A stretch of 44,874 nt of DNA from the sequence record SRR20825019_158; one strand, written 5' to 3'. The position numbers and the translations under genes were made by a program. Of the stretch, positions 18,759 to 29,729 are shown one piece after another. The notes beneath the pieces are model-generated. The model made no database searches. It had not been told where the DNA came from and worked only from the letters and a program-made list of their open reading frames with translations. Each line of letters begins with the position of its first letter. Position 1 is the stretch's first letter.

Positions 18759-19310
18759 TTAAGCAGACTTTAATGAGGTTCTTTGTAGAATTTTATTTAG
18801 TAAAGAGACCAGAGTTTTTCGCTCTGTTTCCGAAAGTGGATCCATCAGGTCTGAAATGAGATGGAAATAGCTGGGGAGAATCCGGCCGAGCAACGTCTTC
18901 CCTTCGTCGGTGAGTTCAACCGACATCATGCGCCGATCATTCGGATCAGGTTTGCGGCGCACAAAATCATCGCGTTCCAAAGTATCAATCAGCCCCGTCA
19001 TCGTCGCCCGGGATACTCCCGCGGCATCAGCCAGTTCCGCCGGAGTGCGCGGCCCGACCGGGGCTTCGTTCTCGCAAGCCGAATTTTCATCCCGATTCAT
19101 CGCTTTCCATAGCAGCATCAAAACACCGAAACGCCCTGACGATATTTGATGGTCCGCCAATGATTTATCCATAACCGAGACGACCTCATCACCCGTCCTT
19201 AACAAATTCAGATAGGCTTCGCAGGCCGATGGATCCAATTCGGGATACTTTTTGGCACCCTCAAGCAGGCACTCGTAACGCGGGAGATCTTTGATCAGTA
19301 AATGCGGCAT
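18759..19310 (-). CDS. MarR-family transcriptional regulator
   Basis: TPAELADAAGVSRATMTGLIDTLERDDFVRRKPDPNDRR winged HTH; first gene of the efflux operon. ATG at 19310 chosen (ORF extends to 19322). Confidence 0.92.
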   Translation of the reverse strand: MPHLLIKDLPRYECLLEGAKKYPELDPSACEAYLNLLRTGDEVVSVMDKSLADHQISSGRFGVLMLLWKAMNRDENSACENEAPVGPRTPAELADAAGVSRATMTGLIDTLERDDFVRRKPDPNDRRMMSVELTDEGKTLLGRILPSYFHLISDLMDPLSETERKTLVSLLNKILQRTSLKSA

Positions 19311-19344
19311 AATTTTGGACAATCTAAACGATCAGGCGGCTTAC

Positions 19345-19370
19345 AATTAGGAAGCTAACTATTATTGCAA
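19345..19370 (-). promoter_or_regulatory. Probable MarR operator next to a -35-like hexamer
   Basis: Imperfect palindrome aattag-gaag-ctaact (19345-19360) 35 bp upstream of the marR ATG, next to TTGCAA (19365-19370), in an AT-rich stretch. Confidence 0.55.
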
Positions 19371-19409
19371 GCCCGGTGTCATATTTTTTATTCCTCACTA
19401 TTACGGCAC

Positions 19410-19441
19410 AAAAAAGCGGCGAATCCCGAAAGATTCGCCGC
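19410..19441 (-). terminator. Intrinsic terminator of tkt
   Basis: Perfect 10-bp stem gcggcgaatc/gattcgccgc with an adjacent A6 run (U-tail on the minus strand), just after the tkt stop. Confidence 0.85.
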
Positions 19442-19455
19442 GATAAACTGGTTTC

Positions 19456-21444
<1,989 letters not shown>

Positions 21445-21503
21445 ATGATAAAGTTAAGAGTGTTAAGCATGGCCCGTGCTCGGGGAAGAAGAAACTTTGC
21501 AAC

Positions 21504-21532
21504 AAAAAGGCGAACCCCGGAAGGTTCGCCTT
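21504..21532 (-). terminator. Intrinsic terminator of trmD-rplS
   Basis: Stem aaggcgaacc/ggttcgcctt with an A-run at 21504-21508, just downstream of rplS. Confidence 0.8.
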
Positions 21533-21558
21533 GGAAAATGAGAATCGGTGGCCGGCGA

Positions 21559-21927
21559 TCAGCGTGCGGTGCGCTTGTCGGCCCGGACTTCGCGGATGGC
21601 CATCGCGGCCTTACCCTTACGACCGCGGAGGTAGTAAAGACGAGCGCGCATCGGCTCGGATTGACGATCGATTTCGATCTTGGCGACCATCGGGGAATGC
21701 AAAGGGAACACCTTCTCGACACCCTCGCCGTAGCTGATGCGACGAACGGTAAACGCTTCGTGGATACCATGCCCCTTACGAGCGATGACGATGCCGGCAA
21801 AAATCTGCACGCGCTCCTTGTCACCTTCGCTCACCTTGGTGTGCACCTTCACGCCATCACCTACGCGGAAATTAGGGATGTCCTGCTTCAATTGAGCAGA
21901 GGTGATCTCTTTGATAATCGGCTTCAT
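21559..21927 (-). CDS. rplS: 50S ribosomal protein L19
   Basis: [10 protein letters not shown]...[12 protein letters not shown]...[21 protein letters not shown]...RARLYYLR. Start taken at ATG 21927. Confidence 0.97.
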   Translation of the reverse strand: MKPIIKEITSAQLKQDIPNFRVGDGVKVHTKVSEGDKERVQIFAGIVIARKGHGIHEAFTVRRISYGEGVEKVFPLHSPMVAKIEIDRQSEPMRARLYYLRGRKGKAAMAIREVRADKRTAR

Positions 21928-21938
21928 AATGTTAAAAT

Positions 21939-22607
21939 TTAATTGAGTAAATCTGGTCTGACCTGACGGGTTTTCTCCTGCTGTCGCGCCGTGCGCCACT
22001 TCTCTATTTCGGTATGATTTCCGGAAAGCAGAACCTCCGGAACGGACATACCTCGATATTCCGCGGGACGCGTGTATTGAGGAAAGTCGAGCAACTTGCG
22101 CGTGAAGCTTTCGTGCGTCAATGACTTTTCATCACCAAGCACACCCGGGATAAACCGGGCCAACGCATCGATCACGACCGCGGCGGCCAAAGTGCCATTG
22201 GTGAGCACATAATCACCGATGCTGATCTCTTCATCGATGATCGTATCGCGAATCCGCTGATCGATCCCTTCGTAGTGGCCGCTGAGCAAAACCAGGTGTT
22301 TTTCCGTGGAGAGCGCCTCCGCCTTGGCCGCGGTGAACGGCGCGCCGTCGGGAGTCAGATAAATCCTTCGACAACCGGGGGTTTGCACCGCTTCCATCGC
22401 AGCAAACACCGGTTCGCAACGCATGACCATCCCCGCTCCTCCGCCAAAGGGCCGATCATCCGTCACCCGGTGCTTATCCGTCGCCCAATCCCGGATATTG
22501 CGCACGTGGACATCGATCAGCTTCGATTCCTGGGCGCGCCCCAGCATACTCTCGGAGAGAAATCCATCGAGCATCGCCGGAAATAATGTGAGCACGTCAA
22601 TCTGCAC
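21939..22607 (-). CDS. trmD: tRNA (guanine-N1)-methyltransferase TrmD
   Basis: [41 protein letters not shown] and FPQYTRP. GTG start at 22607 inferred. Confidence 0.97.
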   Translation of the reverse strand: MQIDVLTLFPAMLDGFLSESMLGRAQESKLIDVHVRNIRDWATDKHRVTDDRPFGGGAGMVMRCEPVFAAMEAVQTPGCRRIYLTPDGAPFTAAKAEALSTEKHLVLLSGHYEGIDQRIRDTIIDEEISIGDYVLTNGTLAAAVVIDALARFIPGVLGDEKSLTHESFTRKLLDFPQYTRPAEYRGMSVPEVLLSGNHTEIEKWRTARQQEKTRQVRPDLLN

Positions 22608-22674
22608 AGGAATGGGGAGAATACACGGAGCGAGGAAGAATCGCCAAGACCGGATTAGAACTTTCGTCTCCATC

Positions 22675-22732
22675 GTAGACCGCGAGCTTGCTCGCGCTTA
22701 GCAAACCCCGCGCCCGCAAGCTTTCCGCCTAC
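22675..22732. repeat. GTAG-tagged REP-like doublet
   Basis: gtagaccgcgagcttgctcgcg (stem cgcgagc/gctcgcg) followed by an inverted, decayed partner ending ...aagctttccgcctac. Confidence 0.6.
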
Positions 22733-22771
22733 CCATTGAAAAGAAAAACTAACGCGCCGATCCAGATGCAG

Positions 22772-22954
22772 TGTCTCGCGACGGACGCGACGAGATTGAT
22801 CAAACTCGAAAACACCACGCTACGGCGTCTGGCTCCATTTCGATTTTGCACCGAGCTAGGAGCGGCTTTATGCTGCGATCCGAATGGCAACCACCTCACG
22901 CTCCAAGTTTCACGCTCGGCAAAACCATCGTATGCGTCGCGGTCGTCGCGAGAC
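22772..22954. repeat. REP/MITE-like unit with ~20-bp inverted repeats, same family as 1708-1845
   Basis: Left gtctcgcgacggacgcgacg (22773-22792) vs reverse complement of the right end gtctcgcgacgaccgcgacg (22935-22954): 18/20 identical. Confidence 0.7.
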
Positions 22955-23016
22955 CTCTCCGGTTTTAAAACGCCAACAGTCCGATTAGACTAAGTGTCTC
23001 GTGAGACCTCCCCAAT

Positions 23017-23043
23017 AAAAAGGCCCCGGAAAAATCCGAGGCC
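23017..23043 (-). terminator. Probable intrinsic terminator after rpsP
   Basis: ggcc-c-cgga-aaaa-tccg-a-ggcc hairpin (G-U pair on the minus strand) with an adjacent A-run. Confidence 0.65.
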
Positions 23044-23086
23044 GCTTAATCGTCAGGAATCGCTTCCCGCGAAAATCGTTAATCGA

Positions 23087-23371
23087 TTAGGCGCTGGCTT
23101 CTTCGGCCACCGGAGCGGCGGCGGGAGCCTTGCGAGCCTTCTTGATCAAGGAGTTGAGCGTATCAGTAGGTTTCGCGCCTTTGCTGATCCAGTAATCGAC
23201 CCGGTCGAGCTTGATCGCGATTTGCTCGCTCTTGACCTTAGCGCAGGGTGCGTAAGTGCCGAGATATTCAACCGCTGCGCCATCACGACGCGAACGAGCC
23301 TCTGCTACCACGACGCGGTAGTGAGGGGTGTGGATCGCACCAGTGCGAGTAAGACGGATTTTGAGTGCCAT
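23087..23371 (-). CDS. rpsP: 30S ribosomal protein S16
   Basis: MALKIRLTR...PHYRVVVAEARSRRDG..VEYLGTY..WISKGAKPTDT. Confidence 0.97.
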   Translation of the reverse strand: MALKIRLTRTGAIHTPHYRVVVAEARSRRDGAAVEYLGTYAPCAKVKSEQIAIKLDRVDYWISKGAKPTDTLNSLIKKARKAPAAAPVAEEASA

Positions 23372-23474
23372 ATCTAAAGAGTTACAGAGCGTTACTTAAT
23401 TGAAAAGCCGGAAAGCACACCGCTCCATAATTACCTTGTCAAGCACTCTCTCCCCCGCCTCCCTCTGAGCACTT

Positions 23475-24575
23475 ATGAAAGCCGGTATCGTCGGTCTGCC
23501 CAATGTAGGCAAGTCCACTCTCTTTAACGCCCTCACTCGCTCACGCAAGGCCGAGGCCGCCAATTATCCCTTCTGCACGATCGATCCCAATGTGGGTGTC
23601 GTCACCGTGCCCGATGATCGCCTGGCGGTGTTGAAAGGCATTGCGAAAACCCAGGTGGTCATTCCCGCGGTAATCGAATTCGTCGATATCGCCGGTCTCG
23701 TCGCCGGCGCCAGCAAGGGAGAAGGCCTCGGCAACAAGTTCCTCGCCAACATCCGCGAGGTCGATTCCGTGCTCCAGGTCGTGCGCTGCTTTGAGGACGA
23801 AGATGTCGTCCACAACATGGGCAGTGTCGATCCTGTGCGTGATATCGAGGTGATCTCGACCGAACTCGTGCTCGCCGATCTCGAGGCCGTGACCTCCCGC
23901 ATCGACAAGACGCAGAAGAAAGCCAAAAGCGGTGACAAGGAAGCCCAGGCCGAGCTCGCCCTGCTTGAAAAGCTCAAACCCCATCTCAATGAAGGCAAAA
24001 CCGCCAATGTCATGGAGGCCACCGATGACGAGAAGGCGTTGATGAAACACTTTCAGCTCCTCACTGCCAAACCCGTGCTCTTCGCGTGTAACGTGGCGGA
24101 AGACGATCTTGCCGATGCCGAGGCCAATCCCTTCGTCCAAAAGGTCGCCGAATATGTGCGCACCCATCATGACGCGGCTTACGTGCCGATCAGTGCAAAA
24201 ATCGAATCCGAGCTGATCGACCTCTCCCCGGAAGAAGCCGGAGAATTTCTACAAGACCTCGGCGTGAAAGATTCCGGCGTCTCCAGTTTAATTCGCGCGA
24301 GCTACGATTTACTGGGACTGCAAACCTACTTCACCGCCGGTGAAAAAGAGGTGCGTGCCTGGACAATCGTCAAAGGTTGGAAAGCACCTCAGGCTGCCGG
24401 GGTGATTCACTCCGATTTCGAACACGGTTTCATTAAAGCCGAAGTCGTTTCCTACCATGACCTCTCCAGTCTCGGCAGCGTTTCCGCCGCCCGCGAAGCC
24501 GGCAAGTATCGTCTCGAAGGCAAGGAATATGTCTTCAAGGACGGCGATGTCGCCGTGTTCCGATTCAATAATTGA
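23475..24575 (+). CDS. ychF: Redox-regulated ATPase/GTPase YchF
   Basis: GIVGLPNVGKSTLFNALT, NYPFCTIDPN, DIAGLV..AS.GEGLGNKFL and TGS domain (FTAGEKEVRAW...YRLEGKEY). Confidence 0.97.
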   Translation: MKAGIVGLPNVGKSTLFNALTRSRKAEAANYPFCTIDPNVGVVTVPDDRLAVLKGIAKTQVVIPAVIEFVDIAGLVAGASKGEGLGNKFLANIREVDSVLQVVRCFEDEDVVHNMGSVDPVRDIEVISTELVLADLEAVTSRIDKTQKKAKSGDKEAQAELALLEKLKPHLNEGKTANVMEATDDEKALMKHFQLLTAKPVLFACNVAEDDLADAEANPFVQKVAEYVRTHHDAAYVPISAKIESELIDLSPEEAGEFLQDLGVKDSGVSSLIRASYDLLGLQTYFTAGEKEVRAWTIVKGWKAPQAAGVIHSDFEHGFIKAEVVSYHDLSSLGSVSAAREAGKYRLEGKEYVFKDGDVAVFRFNN

Positions 24576-24835
24576 GCCAACAGAGCAGAAGAGATCGAAG
24601 TAGGTAAACCTCTCCTCGATTTGCCATCGCCGAGACTTTTCCGATTCCGAACATCCAACGCTCCATCCAGCTGCTGGTGTCTCGCCGGTTCTGAGTAGGT
24701 ATCCACCCAAGTCCTCGAATTAGCCCCATCCGAACATCCCTGGCTGACAGGGGAATATCCACTAGGGCGCTCGTGGGTAATGAACCTCACATGCAAATTG
24801 TTGCCCCGCATTAATCCCGTTTTCATTCTCAGCGA

Positions 24836-25327
24836 ATGGTTTTAAACGGACGCAAATTTTGCGGATTACTCATCGCCCTCTGCTGTCCACTGCTCGCCTC
24901 TTCTGGTTTCGCCCGGTCCACTGTCAAAGCGACCTACATCGCGGGAAATTACGTTTCCTCGCCCACGGCGGAATTTGCCAGTCCGTCCATGGCTCGCACC
25001 AAAGCCTACCTACTCGCAACCACCATTCCCGGAGCCTACGTGGTTCATGGCCGGGGTAACTCGATGCAACCTCTCTACGTGAGCGGCACATTGCTCGTGG
25101 TTAAACCCACTCCCTTCAAAGAACTCAAGCGCGGCATGTCAGTCGTCTTCCGGTCCCGTGATCGCTCGATCACTCACGTGCTCGTCGCTAAAACCAAAGA
25201 TGGATGGCGCACCACCGGACTCAATAATCGTCGCCACGATTATGTGCCCGTGAATTCCGAGAACATTCACGGGGTGGTCGTCGCAGCGTTTACCCCCGTC
25301 GAAGGCACCACCGTCGCACTGCGCTAA
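24836..25327 (+). CDS. S24/S26-family peptidase-like exported protein
   Basis: Signal-peptide-like N-terminus. GNSMQP (Ser), ITHVL (His), TTGLNNRRHD and NIHGVV match the pattern of ER-type (SipW/Sec11-like) signal peptidases. Confidence 0.65.
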   Translation: MVLNGRKFCGLLIALCCPLLASSGFARSTVKATYIAGNYVSSPTAEFASPSMARTKAYLLATTIPGAYVVHGRGNSMQPLYVSGTLLVVKPTPFKELKRGMSVVFRSRDRSITHVLVAKTKDGWRTTGLNNRRHDYVPVNSENIHGVVVAAFTPVEGTTVALR

Positions 25328-26070
25328 TCAGCGCAGGGTAGAATCTCCACTCCGGCCCGGATGAGGGCCGCGCGCAATTCACGCACGTAGCCGACCGCCT
25401 GCACGCCATCGCCGTGCACGCAAATCGTATCCGCCACGACCGGCACCGCCGCGCCATCAACCGTCGGCACCATGCCATCGCAGATCATCGACATCGCTTG
25501 TCGCACCCCTGCGGTGACATTATCGATCAAGGCACCGGGATCATCCCGGGAAGTCAGTGATCCATTGCCTCGATAGGTGCGATCCACAAAGACTTCATTT
25601 ACCACACTCAATCCGCCCGCCTGCCCCGCACGGATCAACTCACTGCCCGCCAATCCGAATAATCGCAATTTATCATCCACCGCTTTGATCGCGGCCACGA
25701 TGGAATCGGCAATTTCACGATCCTTCGCCGCCTGTGTGTAAAGCGCACCATGCGGTTTTACATGTATCAATGGCACCTCGAATTCACTCGCGATCGAGTG
25801 CAGTGACTCGATTTGCGTGCGCACCAATTCGAAAATGGCCGCAGACGTCAGCGTCAGTTCACGCCGTCCAAAATGTTCGCGATCCGCATAGCCCGGATGC
25901 GCTCCCAACGCGACTCCGTAAAATCGGGCCTGCTTGACCGCCTCGCGCATCGTCTCCCGATCGCCGGCATGACCGCCGCACGCGATGTTGGCGGAGGTGA
26001 TCAATGCCATCAACTCCTCGTCATAAGCAGCCCCTTCACCCAAGTCACAATTCAGATCGACAGCGTTCAT
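25324..26070 (-). CDS. pxpA: 5-oxoprolinase subunit A (LamB/YcsF)
   Basis: DLNCDLGEG, SANIACGGHAGD, GAHPGY.DRE.FGRR, HVKPHGALY and TICVHGD. Confidence 0.95.
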   Translation of the reverse strand: MNAVDLNCDLGEGAAYDEELMALITSANIACGGHAGDRETMREAVKQARFYGVALGAHPGYADREHFGRRELTLTSAAIFELVRTQIESLHSIASEFEVPLIHVKPHGALYTQAAKDREIADSIVAAIKAVDDKLRLFGLAGSELIRAGQAGGLSVVNEVFVDRTYRGNGSLTSRDDPGALIDNVTAGVRQAMSMICDGMVPTVDGAAVPVVADTICVHGDGVQAVGYVRELRAALIRAGVEILPCAD

Positions 26071-26990
26071 CGCACTTTTCCCTTCAAGGCTTCCCGCAGA
26101 ATGTTCAGATCACGTTCACGCTGATTGGCCAGTCTTTGAGCTTCCCCCAAATTGATCTGCGTAAATGTCACGTGATCTCCCGGACGCAATTGCGCGAGCA
26201 GGGGCAGGTCCACTTGCGCGACATGCGCGACCCGTGGATACCCGCCAATTGTCTGCGCATCAGCCATCAACACAATCGGATCACCATCGGGCGGCACCTG
26301 CACAGTTCCCGGAATCACCGCCGAGGAGACCAGCTCGCGCGAGGTATTTCGCCGCAAGACATTGCCCTGCAGACGATACCCCATCCGGTCCGATTGTGCA
26401 CTGATGGCATACTCCTTTCCCCATAAAGTGTCGTCAAATTCCGACAGATCCGCTCCCGGAATCGCCCGCACTTGCGGAGCCGCGCTGTAGGCGGGCAGCA
26501 ATCGCGGCGAAAGTTTCCAACGAGCTTGCACCTCGCGCGGCACCACCTCCGCGTGCAAACTATCGCCCGCCGCTAAGGCCCGACCTTCGTGTCCGCCGAG
26601 CGCCGCGCGCAGATCCGTGCCGGCGCCTCCCAAAACCATTTTCGCTTTCAGTCCTCCGGCCACCGCCAGATAGCCACGTGAACCGTGTGTCGCGCCCCCG
26701 AATTTCACCCGTTCGCCCGCTTGCACCTTGAAAGGATGGAGGTGTTCGAGATCACCCATCTGCGCTCCGGCAATCGCAATCCACGCCTCTTCCGAAAACT
26801 CCAATTCAGGGCCCGTCAGGGTCATTTCCAAGGCGGGCAGATTCGGTTCGTTACCGACGAGCCGATTCGCCAGCCCAAGTGCAAATTGATCCATCGCCCC
26901 GCCCCCTGTCAGGCCGGTGCGCCGCATGCCGTGACGCCCCAAATCCTGCACGGTCGTCAACATGCCGGGGCTGATTACCTTTATTTCCAT
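26067..26990 (-). CDS. pxpC: 5-oxoprolinase subunit C (KipA-like)
   Basis: TTVQDLGR, GGAMD, SDRMGYRL and PGTVQVPPDGDPIVLMADAQTIGGYP. Confidence 0.92.
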   Translation of the reverse strand: MEIKVISPGMLTTVQDLGRHGMRRTGLTGGGAMDQFALGLANRLVGNEPNLPALEMTLTGPELEFSEEAWIAIAGAQMGDLEHLHPFKVQAGERVKFGGATHGSRGYLAVAGGLKAKMVLGGAGTDLRAALGGHEGRALAAGDSLHAEVVPREVQARWKLSPRLLPAYSAAPQVRAIPGADLSEFDDTLWGKEYAISAQSDRMGYRLQGNVLRRNTSRELVSSAVIPGTVQVPPDGDPIVLMADAQTIGGYPRVAHVAQVDLPLLAQLRPGDHVTFTQINLGEAQRLANQRERDLNILREALKGKVR

Positions 26991-27652
26991 GCCGTAAACT
27001 CCTTTTCGCTGATTGCCTTAAACAGCACTTGGTCTCCCACTTTCAACAGGGCCGGATACTCCTCCTGCGCGTTAAACAACCGCAAAGGGGTGCGACCGAT
27101 CAGCTGCCATCCTCCCGGCGAAGCCTGCGGATAGATCCCGGTTTGCGCACCGCCAATCCCTACACTGCCGGCCGGCACAGTCGTGCGCGGCACTTTTTTC
27201 CGCGGAGTGTGCAGTTTCTTTGATAAACCCGCGAGATAGGGAAACCCCGGGGTAAAGCCGACCGCGCCCACGATATATTTGGGACGCGCATGCAGGGCAA
27301 TCGCGGCTCGCTCGGATAGTTTTCCGCGCTGGGCGACCAACCCCAGATCCGGTCCGTAATCCCCGCCATAGCAAACGGGAATGGTGACCGTCGTCACCAT
27401 TCGCCGGCGTGAACTCTTCACCGTATTGAGACACGCGACCAAATTGGCGTGAAACACTTCATAGCCTCCCGGAGTCGTCGGATCATAAATCACTGTCACC
27501 GTGGTAAATGCGGGCACGATATCCACGGTGCCCGGAGGTGGATTGGCTTCCAGAGCCGAGGTCGCAGCACGCACCTTCGCCAACGTGGTCGAGCCGATCA
27601 CGTTTCCATACTCCACCACCACGGCGGCATCACCCATCGGCTGAAGATGCAT
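26981..27652 (-). CDS. pxpB: 5-oxoprolinase subunit B (KipI-like)
   Basis: PMGDAAVVV, IPVCYGGDYGPDL, GFTPGFPYL and VPAGSVGIGGAQTGIYPQASPGGWQLIGRTP. ATG 27652 chosen. Confidence 0.93.
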   Translation of the reverse strand: MHLQPMGDAAVVVEYGNVIGSTTLAKVRAATSALEANPPPGTVDIVPAFTTVTVIYDPTTPGGYEVFHANLVACLNTVKSSRRRMVTTVTIPVCYGGDYGPDLGLVAQRGKLSERAAIALHARPKYIVGAVGFTPGFPYLAGLSKKLHTPRKKVPRTTVPAGSVGIGGAQTGIYPQASPGGWQLIGRTPLRLFNAQEEYPALLKVGDQVLFKAISEKEFTAWK

Positions 27653-27930
27653 AATTCCCCATTTTCTCCACCGGACGATGCAATGCAAGTGCTGAGCTGC
27701 ACTCCTAATCCGGATATTTCACCGGTGTAAACCTGGATAAAAAAATATCCGTTTTGCCTCTGGCAAAAGCGACGATCTCGCGGTTGGCCCCAGCGTAGTC
27801 GGCCTGAACGGGTGCCTGATTCGCATTTCCTCGTGCGAAACATGCAGGCTAATTCGTCGCACGTCCCCACCTGATACTTGTCCGGATAGGGTTGAAATTT
27901 GTCCTTAAACACGAGATTGCTTCTCTTCCT

Positions 27931-28518
27931 ATGCGTCTCCGCCACGCCATTCCCATCACTCTTGGCAGTCTCCTCTTGTTGAGCGCTTGTCGCAAAGCCG
28001 AGATCACTTCCTATCGTATTCCGAAGGAAATCCCGCCGGCTCCGCTCGAGGCACCCGATATGGCCAATACCGCCGTGCCTACCGCCACCGGTCACGATTT
28101 AACGTGGACGGCACCCGTTTCCTGGGAAGCCCAGGAGGCATCGGCCATGCGGCGTGGATCGTATCTCGTTCGTGGATCCGATGGCGCCACCGCCGATCTT
28201 TCAATCACCGCTTTCCCCGGTGATGTCGGCGGCGATCTCGCCAACGTCAATCGCTGGCGCGGGCAAATCTCCCTCGGCCCGATCGACGCAGCCACCCTCG
28301 CCAAGACAACGACTCAAGTTGCCGGACAGGATCTCACCCTCACCGTCGTCGAAATGGCTAATCCCACTCTCGCCGAGCCGCAGCGCATTCTCGGTGCTTT
28401 GGTGTTCTTCGAAGGCAATACGTGGTTTTTCAAACTCATGGGACCGGACGCCCTCGTCGCATCCGCGAAGCCCGATTTCATCGCTTTGCTAAAAACCGTC
28501 AAAGGACACAACCACTGA
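27931..28518 (+). CDS. Uncharacterised lipoprotein, first gene of the cytochrome c biogenesis operon
   Basis: Lipobox LLLSA-C; NVNRWRGQI and TWFFKLMG segments; ends 3 bp before the resB-like gene. Confidence 0.75.
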   Translation: MRLRHAIPITLGSLLLLSACRKAEITSYRIPKEIPPAPLEAPDMANTAVPTATGHDLTWTAPVSWEAQEASAMRRGSYLVRGSDGATADLSITAFPGDVGGDLANVNRWRGQISLGPIDAATLAKTTTQVAGQDLTLTVVEMANPTLAEPQRILGALVFFEGNTWFFKLMGPDALVASAKPDFIALLKTVKGHNH

Positions 28519-28521
28519 GCC

Positions 28522-29682
28522 ATGAGTGAAACCTGGAAAGCCTTTGTTGATTTCTTCACCTCGCTGAAGCTCACCGTCGTCCTGCTCGCACTGTCGATTA
28601 TCCTGATTTTCTGGGCCACCCTCGCCCAGGTGCAATTGGGAGTCTGGGGCGTGCAGGAGCATTTCTTCCGCACCTTTTTTGTACTCAACAATATCCCCGG
28701 CACCCATATACCCGTGCCGGTGTTTCCCGGTGGCTATTTCCTCGGCGGACTCCTGTTGATCAATCTCATCGCCGCTCACGTGCACCGTTTCAAGTTCACG
28801 TGGAGTAAGTCCGGCATCCAACTCACCCACCTCGGCCTGATCCTGCTGCTCATCGGCGAAATGCTGACCAGTATCTGGCAGGAAGAATATTCGATGCGCC
28901 TCGATGAAGGGCAGACCAAGAATTATTCGGAGAGCTATCGCGACAACGAACTCGCGATCATCGACATCACCGATCCCGATTTTGATGATGTCGTCGCGAT
29001 TCCCGACTCGCGTCTCGTGCCCGGCAAGGAAATCCAGCACGCCAAACTCCCTTTCCGCGTGCTCGTTCACGCCTTCTACCCCAATGCCTCGGTGCAAATG
29101 AGCAGTCAGGTGCCCAACGCTCCCGCGCCTATGGCGAATCAGGATATCGGAGCGCGCATCCACACCACGCCGCTTCCGCTCACCTACAAACAGGACGAAC
29201 GCAATCTCGCCGCCAGTTACATCGAGCTGATCGGTCCTCAGGGCAGCCTTGGCATTTGGTTGGCTTCCACCCAACTGATCAAAGCCCAGACCTTCGAATT
29301 CGAGGGGCGCACCTATTCACTCGGGCTGCGTTTCGCCCGTCACTACAAGCCCTACTCGCTCCATCTGATTGATTTCTCTCACGATGTTTATGCGGGCACC
29401 GATATTCCCAAGAATTTCTCCAGCCGGATTCGCCTGACCACTCCCGATGGTGTCGATGATCGCGAAGTGCTCATCTACATGAACAACCCGTTGCGCTATG
29501 CCGGACTCACGTTCTATCAGGCCGGCTTCGACAACAACGACCGCACGACAGTCCTTCAGGTCGTGCACAACCCGAGTTGGATCCTCCCTTATATTTCCTG
29601 CACCCTGATGGGGGTCGGTCTGTTGATCCAGTTCCTCATCTCCTTTTTCCGTTTCAGCAAACGCCGCCGCGCCCAAGCCTAA
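28522..29682 (+). CDS. resB: Cytochrome c biogenesis protein ResB/CcsB-like (System II)
   Basis: FFTSLKLTVVLL, THLGLILLLIG (TM His), periplasmic domain with PKNFSS and IYMNNPLRYAGLTFYQ, C-terminal TM; lies upstream of ccsA. Confidence 0.8.
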   Translation: MSETWKAFVDFFTSLKLTVVLLALSIILIFWATLAQVQLGVWGVQEHFFRTFFVLNNIPGTHIPVPVFPGGYFLGGLLLINLIAAHVHRFKFTWSKSGIQLTHLGLILLLIGEMLTSIWQEEYSMRLDEGQTKNYSESYRDNELAIIDITDPDFDDVVAIPDSRLVPGKEIQHAKLPFRVLVHAFYPNASVQMSSQVPNAPAPMANQDIGARIHTTPLPLTYKQDERNLAASYIELIGPQGSLGIWLASTQLIKAQTFEFEGRTYSLGLRFARHYKPYSLHLIDFSHDVYAGTDIPKNFSSRIRLTTPDGVDDREVLIYMNNPLRYAGLTFYQAGFDNNDRTTVLQVVHNPSWILPYISCTLMGVGLLIQFLISFFRFSKRRRAQA

Positions 29683-29729
29683 TGAATTTAAACGCGAAGG
29701 ACGCGGAGATCGCGGAGCCCATCTCATGA
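29682..29729 (+). CDS. 15-codon mini-ORF MNLNAKDAEIAEPIS encoded across the left IR (possible coupling peptide, or frameshifted N-terminus of GxxExxY)
   Basis: Its ATG overlaps the resB stop (TAATG, 29680-29684), and its TGA overlaps the GxxExxY ATG (ATGA, 29726-29729). Confidence 0.35.
   Translation: MNLNAKDAEIAEPIS

Noticed and set aside
21928-21999. Longer ORF-track starts for rplS (also trmD, recN, pxpB, the lipoprotein and the DUF2851-like gene)
   Set aside because: The extensions overlap neighbours or intergenic/repeat DNA and precede the conserved N-termini, so downstream starts were chosen.
22688-22993. 101-aa ORF in the rpsP-trmD spacer as a possible rimM substitute
   Set aside because: It is on the wrong strand for the operon, starts with TTG inside a palindrome, consists of repeat DNA and does not resemble RimM.
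23414-23442. rpsP promoter (TTGACA at 23442-23437, minus strand)
   Set aside because: The -35 is perfect but the hexamer at 17-bp spacing (TGTGCT) is a poor -10; too weak to list as a feature.
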